Shown piece by piece: positions 1 to 7,858 of a stretch of DNA of 20,000 bases; position 1 is the stretch's first letter, and each line of letters starts with the position of its first letter. The position numbers and the translations under genes are program-made. The notes below the pieces were generated by a model. The model saw only the letters and a list, made by a program, of their open reading frames with translations, searched no databases and was not told the origin of the DNA. Source of the stretch: an uncultured virus (IMG/VR IMGVR_UViG_3300027628_000015) (Duplodnaviria > Heunggongvirae > Uroviricota > Caudoviricetes > Herelleviridae); IMG/VR virus record IMGVR_UViG_3300027628_000015. One strand, given 5' to 3'.

Positions 1-4
1 CGCT

Positions 5-577
5 ATGGAGCGGATTGGTAATACATTAGTGGAGAAGACGTTAGATGCAGGAATGCAGGCAATTAAGGAGCAAAAGCCAGATAATATCAAAGCTAAACGT
101 ATGCCTAAGTATTTGGAAGTTACAGAGGAACGTATGAACAAGCTAGGAGTTATTGACTTGAAACCTTTCTTTTCTAAAAGCTCACACAAGATTAGGAAGA
201 AGGGTGGGGGCTGGTATATACGAGTACCTATTCCTAGACGAAAGAAGAATATGTCTAGCCGTATGTACAATCAGTTACGGTCTATTAATATAGCTCCAGA
301 CCAACAGCGTACAGTCATCTCAGACTACCTATACGATAGAAGACGTGAATCAAGCTCCTCGATGCTCAACTATGAGCCAAAGAGTTATAATGTAAATAAG
401 CAGCGTACAGGTAAGCGTAAGCATACGTACGTAGCATACAGAACTGTATCAAATGAATCTCCGCCGAGTAGCTGGATTTTAAATAGAGACAAGGTAAATG
501 AATCCGATACGTCTAAAACATTTATTAAGAATGTAGAACGATTAATGAAATGGAAGATGAAAAACGGGTGGGATTGA
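5..577 (+). CDS. Conserved Herelleviridae neck/tail-completion region protein (probably 5'-truncated by the window edge)
   Basis: The frame is open to the window start. Motifs KRMPKYLEVTE, GVIDLKPFF, GGWYIRVPI and YVAYRTVS..SPPSSWILNR resemble the gene three upstream of the sheath in K/A511/Bastille-like phages (recalled, not searched). Confidence 0.7.
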   Translation: MERIGNTLVEKTLDAGMQAIKEQKPDNIKAKRMPKYLEVTEERMNKLGVIDLKPFFSKSSHKIRKKGGGWYIRVPIPRRKKNMSSRMYNQLRSINIAPDQQRTVISDYLYDRRRESSSSMLNYEPKSYNVNKQRTGKRKHTYVAYRTVSNESPPSSWILNRDKVNESDTSKTFIKNVERLMKWKMKNGWD

Positions 578-600
578 TCAGTATAGGAGGGAAGTAAACC

Positions 601-1449
601 ATGCTACCTAGTATTGATACGTATTTATATAACGAATTAGAAGAGAAAATGCAAATTATCTTATCGAACCGCTATATTATAGAGGAAATATTAAAAAGCA
701 TTCAACCAGATATAGCTAAGAACTTTATGAGGGCGTATACGGGCGATAACGCTAGAGAAATTCCTATCGTATACACAATGCCCCAAGATAAAGAAACCCA
801 ACAGGGGGCTATCTATATCGGTCTTAGAGAAGGTGCAGAATCAAAGACAAGCCTAGGAAACATTGAAGGTATCTACGAATTTAAAGAAGATGGAATGGAA
901 AGAGAATACTCTACCATTCAGGCAGAGGAAGGCAACAAACGCTGCTACTTCGAAGTTACATACAAGATCGGAGACCTAAACAATGTAGAGGGTATTGAGT
1001 TTGCACTAAGCGATAACGTTCATATTGAGCAGAATCGTATTTACTTTACTTACGACCCAGCACTAGTAGGAAGTACTCACAGAGTTAACTACATATCAGC
1101 AGCAGGAGAGGAAGTAGGTCTAAAAAAGGGTTTCACCGCTACAGAGATGTACTCCATTCTAGTTGTCTCAACCAATATGGATACAGTCCGATGTATTGAC
1201 TTAATTGTAAAAGCTATATTGATTTTAATGCGTAGCAATGATGAAGAGCTTAGCAGCTTTTTACTACAAAAATTGCAGTTCGGTCAAATAGAGGAAGTTC
1301 CAGTAGGTACAGATGACAACCCGGAGATTTTATATGGTAGAGAATCCATTGTAACTTACACAACCTCCTACAGTTTGGATGCTCCAATGCTAGATACAGT
1401 ATTGAAGGAAATTAATCTTAAAATTAACTACGATACGGAGGGACGTTAA
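601..1449 (+). CDS. Conserved virion neck / tail-terminator-like protein
   Basis: RBS AGGAGG at about 586-591. 282 aa. N-terminus SIDTYL..E....IL.NRYIIEEIL and position two genes upstream of the sheath match Herelleviridae synteny. Confidence 0.7.
   Translation: MLPSIDTYLYNELEEKMQIILSNRYIIEEILKSIQPDIAKNFMRAYTGDNAREIPIVYTMPQDKETQQGAIYIGLREGAESKTSLGNIEGIYEFKEDGMEREYSTIQAEEGNKRCYFEVTYKIGDLNNVEGIEFALSDNVHIEQNRIYFTYDPALVGSTHRVNYISAAGEEVGLKKGFTATEMYSILVVSTNMDTVRCIDLIVKAILILMRSNDEELSSFLLQKLQFGQIEEVPVGTDDNPEILYGRESIVTYTTSYSLDAPMLDTVLKEINLKINYDTEGR
670..679 (+). promoter_or_regulatory. Possible intragenic late promoter (CGCTATATTA)
   Basis: 9/10 match to the TGCTATATTA motif that is intergenic at 3959, 7387 and 12578. 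Confidence 0.35.
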
Positions 1450-1450
1450 A

Positions 1451-1690
1451 ATGGCTGAAAAGAATAAAAAAGATGTAGAAGTTTCTGAGAAAAAGGAACA
1501 GGAGCAAAAAGAAGTAGAAGCTCCAAAACCTTATATCCATGTAGACACATTCTTACAAACTGCTATCCCGTTGTTTGGTTTATCTAAAGTACAGGCAGCA
1601 GGTTTTAAGGCTATGATGCAAGGTCGGCAGTACCAAACTGACGAGCAAGTATTCGTAGATGAGCTAAAGAAACACTTCAAAATTGACTAA
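1451..1690 (+). CDS. Small conserved protein upstream of tail sheath
   Basis: RBS GGAGG at 1437-1441. 79 aa. Motifs YIHVDTFL and QAAGFKAMM and the position are typical of these phages. Confidence 0.7.
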   Translation: MAEKNKKDVEVSEKKEQEQKEVEAPKPYIHVDTFLQTAIPLFGLSKVQAAGFKAMMQGRQYQTDEQVFVDELKKHFKID

Positions 1691-1720
1691 ATTATTTAAG
1701 TAGAGAGGATGACATAAATT

Positions 1721-3430
1721 ATGGCAACATCTTACGGTTTCGATCGTCAACGCCCAAGAACAGAAATTTTCTTGGATGCTAGTTCTTTAGGAGCTGCAAA
1801 CACTCGTTCAGAAAAGCCTCTAGTGCTTATCGGTTCAGCTAATGGTGGAGAGCCAAACGTACCACACGTTATCTCTAACTTTGCTCAAGCTCGAGAATTA
1901 TTCCGTAGTGGAGAGCTATTAGACGCAATCGAGATGGCATGGAACCCTTCTCCAAACATTTCAGGAGCAGGTAAAATCATTGCTATTCGTTCTGATCAAG
2001 CTACACAAGCAAAATTAACTCAAGGTGCTTTAACATTCACTTCTAAGCTTTACGGTGTGGACGCTAACTCTATTCAGGTAGAAATGGCAGACAATACGCT
2101 TACAGGCTCTAAACGTGTCTCTGTGTACTTCACAAAAGAGCGTTATGAAAAAGTGTATGATAACATCGGTAATATCTTCACTGTACGTTACACAGGTACA
2201 AGCGCTGTGGCTACAGTAGAGGTACAAGTAGATTCTTCTTCTAAATTAGCTACTAAGTTAATTCTTAAAGCTGGTGCAGACGCAGGAAGCGCTACTGCTG
2301 TTCGTACGTACGAGCTAGGAGTAGGTGTTTATGAAGACGTTCACGTACTAGTAAACGATATCAATAACCTGCCAGATTTCGAAGCTAAGATGATTGTGCT
2401 AGGTGGTAACAAAAACATCGATACACAATATCTTGATGCTCTACCAGCAGGCGATATCAAAGGTAAAGACGTAACTGTAAAAGCTATCGGTGCAGATTTA
2501 CAAGCGCAATTAGCTAATGATAGCTATGTAGAGGTTAGTGTAGATCGTACTCAAGCAGTACCAGCTACAGTTACACTTTCTAGCTTATCAGGTGCAAAAA
2601 CAGAACCAGCTCCTGCTTCATGGGCTAGCCTATACGAAGCAATCAATGGTTTAGATGCTTACTACATTACGCCTCTAACATCTGATGCAGCTATCCACGG
2701 AGAGCTTTCTCAGTATTTAAGAGACGAGTCTAATGCTGGTATGCATCAACGAGGAATTGTTGGTGGAGGATTAGGAGAGTCTGAAGACGAACTTCGTTCT
2801 CGTCAAATGAACCTTCGTAATTCCCGTGTAGGAGTAGTAGGTGACTCAGGTACACGCCGTATGGCAGATGGACGAGTTTATAACTTCCCTGCTTACATGT
2901 ACGCTGCGTTAGTTGCAGGTATCGCTAGTGGACTAGAAATCGGAGAGCCATTGACTTACAAAAAAGTCAACATCGAAGGTCTAGACCGCAAGTTTACTGG
3001 AGATCAGCTTGACCAATTAAACAACTCAGGAATCATCATGACGGAGTTTGTACGTACTCGTACGTCATCTCACTTCCGTATTGTATCTGACCCAACTACT
3101 TACAATGTATCCACTGAGCCAGTACAAAACCGTATCTCTTTAGGAGAGGTTTCTGACTTCTTAACTACAGAGCTTCGTGAAGTACTGGATAACGAGTTTA
3201 TTGGTACACGTATCCGTAGCACTTCAGCTTCTATCATCAAAAACCGTGTTGAGTCTTTCCTAGATCAACAAAAGAAAGTTAACGGTCTAATTGTTGATTA
3301 TAGCCCGGATGACGTACAAGTTGTTATCTCTGGTAACACAGCTCGTATCAACTTGACAGTTCAACCTTCTCAAGGTCTAGATTTCATCAACGTGTTTATC
3401 ACATACGAGGATAATGAACTAACAGCTTAA
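1721..3430 (+). CDS. Major tail sheath protein
   Basis: 569 aa. Motifs RPRTEI..DAS.LG, LIGSANGGEP, FRSGELLDAIEMAW, and C-terminal ISLGEVSDFL..ELR..LD.EFIG.R are characteristic of A511/K-type sheath proteins. RBS GAGGA. Confidence 0.95.
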   Translation: MATSYGFDRQRPRTEIFLDASSLGAANTRSEKPLVLIGSANGGEPNVPHVISNFAQARELFRSGELLDAIEMAWNPSPNISGAGKIIAIRSDQATQAKLTQGALTFTSKLYGVDANSIQVEMADNTLTGSKRVSVYFTKERYEKVYDNIGNIFTVRYTGTSAVATVEVQVDSSSKLATKLILKAGADAGSATAVRTYELGVGVYEDVHVLVNDINNLPDFEAKMIVLGGNKNIDTQYLDALPAGDIKGKDVTVKAIGADLQAQLANDSYVEVSVDRTQAVPATVTLSSLSGAKTEPAPASWASLYEAINGLDAYYITPLTSDAAIHGELSQYLRDESNAGMHQRGIVGGGLGESEDELRSRQMNLRNSRVGVVGDSGTRRMADGRVYNFPAYMYAALVAGIASGLEIGEPLTYKKVNIEGLDRKFTGDQLDQLNNSGIIMTEFVRTRTSSHFRIVSDPTTYNVSTEPVQNRISLGEVSDFLTTELREVLDNEFIGTRIRSTSASIIKNRVESFLDQQKKVNGLIVDYSPDDVQVVISGNTARINLTVQPSQGLDFINVFITYEDNELTA

Positions 3431-3444
3431 TAGATTTAACACAA

Positions 3445-3467
3445 AGTAGGAGGTAAAATCTCCTACT
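3445..3467 (+). other. Intergenic hairpin without U-tract between sheath and tube
   Basis: AGTAGGAG(G)-TAAAA-(T)CTCCTACT inverted repeat. Confidence 0.55.
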
Positions 3468-3496
3468 AATTTACTAAAGAATTGGAGTGAAATTGG

Positions 3497-3922
3497 ATGG
3501 CATCTGTAACTAACCAGACAGTACAATCCGCTAATACGGTTTACTTTATGATCAAGAATGTGCCGATTGCTCGAGCTCAATCAATTTCTGCGGAACGTAG
3601 TTTCGGTACTACAGGGGTATACCAAATCGGTTCTATCATGCCTCAAGAGCACGTTTACTTGAGATATGAGGGTTCTGTAACAGTAGAACGTTTCCGTATG
3701 AAGAAAGAAAACTTAGCTTCTCTAGGCTTTGCGGCTTTAGGAGAAGAAGTTCTAAAAATGGATATTATGGACATCGTATTATATGACAACTACACTCAGG
3801 AAGTCGTGGTAGCCTACCGAGGCTGTAGTATTGATACGTATAGTGAAAGTACAAGTGTTGGAGAAATCTCATCTGAGAGTGCTCGTTTCTACTTCCTAAC
3901 TTCTGCTAACGTACGAGGATAA
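3497..3922 (+). CDS. Tail tube protein
   Basis: 141 aa directly after the sheath. MAS..NQTVQSANTVY.MIK, SAERSFGTTGVYQIGSIMPQEHVYLRYEG is the conserved Herelleviridae tube signature. RBS GGAGTG. Confidence 0.93.
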   Translation: MASVTNQTVQSANTVYFMIKNVPIARAQSISAERSFGTTGVYQIGSIMPQEHVYLRYEGSVTVERFRMKKENLASLGFAALGEEVLKMDIMDIVLYDNYTQEVVVAYRGCSIDTYSESTSVGEISSESARFYFLTSANVRG

Positions 3923-3925
3923 TAG

Positions 3926-3948
3926 AGAACCCTTCGGGGTTCTTTTTT
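3926..3948 (+). terminator. Rho-independent terminator
   Basis: AGAACCC-TTCG-GGGTTCT-TTTTT: cUUCGg tetraloop plus U-tract. Confidence 0.9.
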
Positions 3949-3958
3949 ACTATACAAA

Positions 3959-3968
3959 TGCTATATTA
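3959..3968 (+). promoter_or_regulatory. Putative phage late promoter TGCTATATTA
   Basis: Identical decamer upstream of the genes at 4003, 7430 and 12608. It resembles the TGTTATATTA-type late promoters of Herelleviridae. Confidence 0.7.
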
Positions 3969-4002
3969 TACAGGTACTACATAAAAGAACGGAGGTAAAA
4001 TA

Positions 4003-5595
4003 ATGTCAAATAACATTAGAGATAACATCTATGAGTCTTTTCCAGACCCTAATAGAAAAATAGAGGCTCTTCAAAAAGATGTAGATAGCTACAACGACCA
4101 ATTACAAGATATTGCTGTAAATATTAAAAAGTTCCCAAGGGAAGCAGGGGAGACAGATGATACCAATAGATTTAAACGTGCTATTGACTATTTATCATCT
4201 CTAGGTGGAGGGACATTAAACCTGAGATTAGAGAAATATTCCCTTAATAGCTTTACTATCCCTGAGAGTGTGACTATTAAAGGTATCTCTAATAAAGACC
4301 CGTGGAAAACAACAAAGACAAGTATCTTAGAATTTATCGGAACGGCTACTAGCGTTTTTATTGACATAAACTCTTATCATAACAGGAGAGCTAGACTACT
4401 AAATGTAAATGTAGTGAATAAGAACTCAAGTAGAACAAATTCCGTGACTGCTGTAAGGGTTAAGCTAGCTACTAACTTGTGGGGGGCGGCAGCAGACATC
4501 GAGAAGAATACATTTTACGGTTTTGGTAAGGCTATTCTACATCAAATGACATACCAAAGTTTAGTAAACAGTTGTCAGATGTGGGAGTGTGGCACAGCAA
4601 TCTCATTCAACCCGAAAGTTGAAGGCGCTACACAAACTCCAGCATCTTCATTCGGTAACGTCAATCTTGTAGAAAAAACAAATGCAATACAATGTAACAT
4701 CGGTATTGAGTTTGCAGGGGATACACTAAATACTGTAAGAAACTGTGACTTTGAAAAATGTTACGTTGGTATCTATACACATGCATTAGGTGGTGGATTT
4801 AATAAGCCGCAGCAACATGTTTTTGAGAATTGTTGGTTTGAGCGTAATGGGTGGGCAAGTGACGCTGATTATACTAATAACGTTAGTCCACGTTACCTAA
4901 TCTGTAACTCAGATATGGATGCTAATTTTAATGCATTAGGGACAAATGTAGCTGAAATCCCTAAATTTATTAACTGTCGTGACGATTTCAACGTTTTCCC
5001 TCAAGTCCCTAATCATAATACAAACTACCAAATCTATACAATTAGAGATGAGGGAACAACAAAAAGATACGCTACAGATGACACGATCTTAAACATGTAT
5101 AAGCTACCTAGTTATTTGATGTATCGAACTACAGCCGGTAAGAATAATGCATGGAGAGATACTTTTTCAGTAGGGAATAAGGGAACAGTGGCAAAGCTTA
5201 ACTTTAATGGATATGAATATCGAGACGATACAGCTAAGACAGGAGCAAGAACATACACAATAGATTATTCATCCATTGTTAAAGCAGACCCTTCAGTAAC
5301 TCAAAATGTTTTCTCTAGTACAGCGATTGTAACTGTATTTGCTAGACGAGTAGGTTATGGAACATATACAGCTATGTTTATGTTAACTGACATCGATGAG
5401 AATACAGCACCGTATATTTTAAAGATGGGCGAAGATAATGCTGCCTCTATTCTATCTAGCTGTGCTATAACTTCATCTATTGTAAGTCAAGCCAAACAGC
5501 TAAGTATAAATCTAACAGGCGTTACAGATACGGTTATCGTAAAAATAAACTATCTACCTAATGGGTTAATGAGGGGAGCAGGAACTCCTAGTTAA
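4003..5595 (+). CDS. Right-handed beta-helix (pectate lyase 3-like) protein, putative polysaccharide depolymerase / tailspike
   Basis: N-terminal VNIKKF...GETDDTNRFKRAI..L...GGGTL.L motif, followed by Asn/Cys-rich beta-helix rungs (NTVRNCDFE, HVFENCWFE). RBS GGAGGT. Confidence 0.7.
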   Translation: MSNNIRDNIYESFPDPNRKIEALQKDVDSYNDQLQDIAVNIKKFPREAGETDDTNRFKRAIDYLSSLGGGTLNLRLEKYSLNSFTIPESVTIKGISNKDPWKTTKTSILEFIGTATSVFIDINSYHNRRARLLNVNVVNKNSSRTNSVTAVRVKLATNLWGAAADIEKNTFYGFGKAILHQMTYQSLVNSCQMWECGTAISFNPKVEGATQTPASSFGNVNLVEKTNAIQCNIGIEFAGDTLNTVRNCDFEKCYVGIYTHALGGGFNKPQQHVFENCWFERNGWASDADYTNNVSPRYLICNSDMDANFNALGTNVAEIPKFINCRDDFNVFPQVPNHNTNYQIYTIRDEGTTKRYATDDTILNMYKLPSYLMYRTTAGKNNAWRDTFSVGNKGTVAKLNFNGYEYRDDTAKTGARTYTIDYSSIVKADPSVTQNVFSSTAIVTVFARRVGYGTYTAMFMLTDIDENTAPYILKMGEDNAASILSSCAITSSIVSQAKQLSINLTGVTDTVIVKINYLPNGLMRGAGTPS

Positions 5596-5603
5596 CCAAG
5601 TTT

Positions 5604-5632
5604 AAGGCATCCGAAAGGGTGTCTTTTTTTTT
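5604..5632 (+). terminator. Rho-independent terminator
   Basis: AAGGCATCC-GAAA-GGGTGTCTT-T-run: GNRA loop. Confidence 0.9.
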
Positions 5633-5652
5633 CTTTATAACTCTTCCTATAT

Positions 5653-5680
5653 ATTACAGTTAGTTTACAATACTGTAACA
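5653..5680 (-). promoter_or_regulatory. Triple WalR (YycF) box
   Basis: The minus strand reads TGTTAC-agtat-TGTAAA-ctaac-TGTAAT, three exact TGTWAH half-sites with N5 spacers. Confidence 0.7.
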
Positions 5681-5690
5681 TTCCGGGTTT

Positions 5691-5720
5691 TTGCTATAAA
5701 GTGTGTTACATTAGTATAGT
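5691..5720 (+). promoter_or_regulatory. Putative sigma-A-type promoter of the 3D-domain gene
   Basis: TTGCTA(5691)-N18-TATAGT(5715). Alternative: extended -10 TGtTACATT at 5704-5712. Confidence 0.45.
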
Positions 5721-5749
5721 AATGGAAACCAGAGAGGGGAAAGAAAATT

Positions 5750-6349
5750 ATGGGACTTAAGAAGCTTTTAGTAACAGGCGTAGCTACGTGTGGGCTATTA
5801 CTTGGTGGAGGTATTGCCGCTAGCGCAGCTGAAAATCAGAGTGTAGTAGACTATTTATATGTAAAAGGTGAAGATTATAGATTTAACCACCGTGCAGAAT
5901 TAGCAGGTCAATACGGTATCACAGGATATAAAGGTACCGCTGATCAAAATATTGCTTTACTAGGAAAATTACAAGGAACTCCAGTTGCTGCTCCTGCTCA
6001 AACACAAGAGGCAGCTCCAGCAGTTAAAGCAGCTACAACTACAGAAGCACAACCTAGCGGAAAAACTATGACAATGACCGCTACAGCATATACAGCAAAT
6101 TGCGCTGGATGTTCAGGGGTTACATATACAGGTATCAACCTAAAAGCTAATCCGAACCAAAAGGTAATTGCAGTGGACCCTAGAGTAATTCCTTTAGGTT
6201 CTAAAGTTTATGTAGAAGGATACGGAACAGCTATCGCAGCTGACACAGGCGGAGCAATTAAAGGTAATCGGATTGATCTTTTCATTGCTAGCCAATCAGC
6301 AGCTATGGCATATGGAATTAAAACAGTAAAGGTGACAATCCTTAATTAA
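5750..6349 (+). CDS. Secreted YocH-like protein: signal peptide, DUF3597-like domain, 3D (MltA-like) domain
   Basis: Signal peptide ending ASA-A. SVVDYL...F..R..LA..YGI..Y.GTA.QN..LL domain, then an Ala/Pro/Thr linker. C-terminal ATAYT...IAVDPRVIPLGSKVYVEGYG.AIAADTGGAIKGNRIDLF carries the three Asp residues of the 3D domain. Confidence 0.88.
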   Translation: MGLKKLLVTGVATCGLLLGGGIAASAAENQSVVDYLYVKGEDYRFNHRAELAGQYGITGYKGTADQNIALLGKLQGTPVAAPAQTQEAAPAVKAATTTEAQPSGKTMTMTATAYTANCAGCSGVTYTGINLKANPNQKVIAVDPRVIPLGSKVYVEGYGTAIAADTGGAIKGNRIDLFIASQSAAMAYGIKTVKVTILN

Positions 6350-6354
6350 TAGAG

Positions 6355-6382
6355 AAGACATCCGAGAGGGTGTCTTTTTTTT
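6355..6382 (+). terminator. Rho-independent terminator (near-copy of 5604-5632)
   Basis: AAGACATCC-GAGA-GGGTGTCTT-T-run. Confidence 0.9.
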
Positions 6383-6399
6383 ATGTTTAAAATTTGTAG

Positions 6400-6428
6400 T
6401 TGACTTAAAGAAAATCTAGTTTTATACT
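6400..6428 (+). promoter_or_regulatory. Sigma-A (host RNAP, early-type) promoter
   Basis: TTGACT(6400-6405)-N17-TATACT(6423-6428), with AT-rich upstream sequence. Confidence 0.8.
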
Positions 6429-6460
6429 AAAGTTGCAAATATTTAATAGGAGTTGTTGAC

Positions 6461-6625
6461 ATGGCACTTAAAGAGAAACTTACTGACGAACTAATGGAGC
6501 AGTTTGCGGAAGAGTTCCGTAGATTACGTGAAATGACGTTCGAGCAGTATGTAGCTGAGCAAATGCGATTAAGGGAATTAGAACACACGAAACTTGAAAA
6601 GTTAAAAAATGGATGGGGGAACTAA
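6461..6625 (+). CDS. 54-aa helical hypothetical protein (absent from the ORF track)
   Basis: RBS AGGAG at 6448-6452. MALKEKLTDELMEQFAEEFRRLREMTFEQYVAEQMRLRELEHTKLEKLKNGWGN*. Ends 3 nt before the next ATG. Confidence 0.8.
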   Translation: MALKEKLTDELMEQFAEEFRRLREMTFEQYVAEQMRLRELEHTKLEKLKNGWGN

Positions 6626-6628
6626 CAA

Positions 6629-7327
6629 ATGAGTATAACATTTACTGAAAGAAAAGCATTAGAGGAATATATCGAATACATTAAAGAAGAGAGAGCTCGA
6701 CAAGAAGCTAGACATGCGGAACAAATGGACAAGTTAATGGACGAGTATAAATCTACTATCCAACGTTTAAGTAAATTAGATGAGATCGATAACGTACATC
6801 CCATTCAAGCAGCAGTCGTTACTCCAACTAAAACAACTTCTAAAGAAGATATCGTAAAATTAATTGAAGAGTCTGAAGAGGAAGAACAGGTAAAAGACCC
6901 GGAGCCAGAAGTAAAGGAAGTCACTCAGGTCCCAAATGAACCTAAGCAAGAACAAACTAAAGAGGAATCATTAGCTGAGGCAGTGGAACGTTTTAACAAA
7001 CGATTCTTCGAACCGTTAAAAGAAGAGATTGACAATAAGCCAATCAATTATGATTCAGCAAAAGAAGCAGTAAAGGAACATGAGTATAAAAAATCTCGTA
7101 AATATCGTTCAAGAACATCTTCTCAGAGGGATGTACGGACAATCACTACGGAAATTGTTTCCTATTTAAAACAGGCTGGCATTCCTATTAAAACTTCTCA
7201 AATTATTAAACATTTAAAAAACAAGGGTCATAAGATGTCTTCACCTTATGCACTCATTTATCAAGCAAAAAATTATGACCCAAAAATTCAATCTGCTGGT
7301 TTTGGTTACTACCAGTACAAATTTTAA
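6629..7327 (+). CDS. Rok-like protein: N-terminal coiled coil, acidic linker, C-terminal winged helix
   Basis: N-terminus FTERKAL...IQRLSKLD parallels B. subtilis Rok FNEREAL...YAKLRELD. C-terminus LKQAGIPIKTSQI...DPKIQSAGFGYYQY parallels Rok LKRHNAAIKSSEL...YPEVKKPYRGQYIL (Rok sequence recalled from memory). Confidence 0.65.
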   Translation: MSITFTERKALEEYIEYIKEERARQEARHAEQMDKLMDEYKSTIQRLSKLDEIDNVHPIQAAVVTPTKTTSKEDIVKLIEESEEEEQVKDPEPEVKEVTQVPNEPKQEQTKEESLAEAVERFNKRFFEPLKEEIDNKPINYDSAKEAVKEHEYKKSRKYRSRTSSQRDVRTITTEIVSYLKQAGIPIKTSQIIKHLKNKGHKMSSPYALIYQAKNYDPKIQSAGFGYYQYKF

Positions 7328-7353
7328 GCTGCTACTCATGTAGTAGCTTTTTT
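7326..7353 (+). terminator. Rho-independent terminator
   Basis: AAGCTGCTAC-TCAT-GTAGTAGCTT-TTTT. Confidence 0.85.
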
Positions 7354-7356
7354 CTA

Positions 7357-7396
7357 TGCTATAATAAAGATAGATTAACTAAGTACTGCTATATTA
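7357..7396 (+). promoter_or_regulatory. Tandem promoters: TGCTATAATA (extended -10-like) and TGCTATATTA (late motif)
   Basis: Motifs at 7357-7366 and 7387-7396, upstream of RBS AGGAGG and the ATG at 7430. Confidence 0.65.
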
Positions 7397-7429
7397 CTAG
7401 TAGAGACTAATACATAGGAGGATTGAAAA

Positions 7430-7858
7430 ATGTCTGAAAATTATGAAAACCAGATCGAGGACTTAATGCCTAAACAAGACCTTACCCCTGAAGAACGTGA
7501 AGCAAACTTAAGCTTACAGAAGAAGAAAGCAGTAGATCGTATCGTCCGAGGAGTAAATGATACGTTTATTAAAGATTATACATTTGAAGATTTAGACTTA
7601 AAATTCACTATTAAAATTAAAGCGCCTAACGCATTAGATATCGGTAAAATTCAAGCCCGTGCAGCTGCTTACTTAGGTGGAATGAATACATACCTAGATA
7701 ACTACACAAACACAGTGTATCAAACTCTAGCAACAATTCGTACCACAGGAATTGAAGTACCAAAAGTATTAGCAAATGACGAGGACATATATAATCTAGA
7801 TATTCTATTTCAGATTGGGGTCGATTTCAAGCAGTGGCTTGACAACTTTCGACTTTGA
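7430..7858 (+). CDS. Tail assembly chaperone (G-like)
   Basis: 142 aa, two genes upstream of the TMP. Motifs RGVNDTF.K.Y.FE.LDL.F..KIK.PNA, AYLGGM, Y..LAT....GIEVP, C-terminal FRL. Confidence 0.85.
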   Translation: MSENYENQIEDLMPKQDLTPEEREANLSLQKKKAVDRIVRGVNDTFIKDYTFEDLDLKFTIKIKAPNALDIGKIQARAAAYLGGMNTYLDNYTNTVYQTLATIRTTGIEVPKVLANDEDIYNLDILFQIGVDFKQWLDNFRL

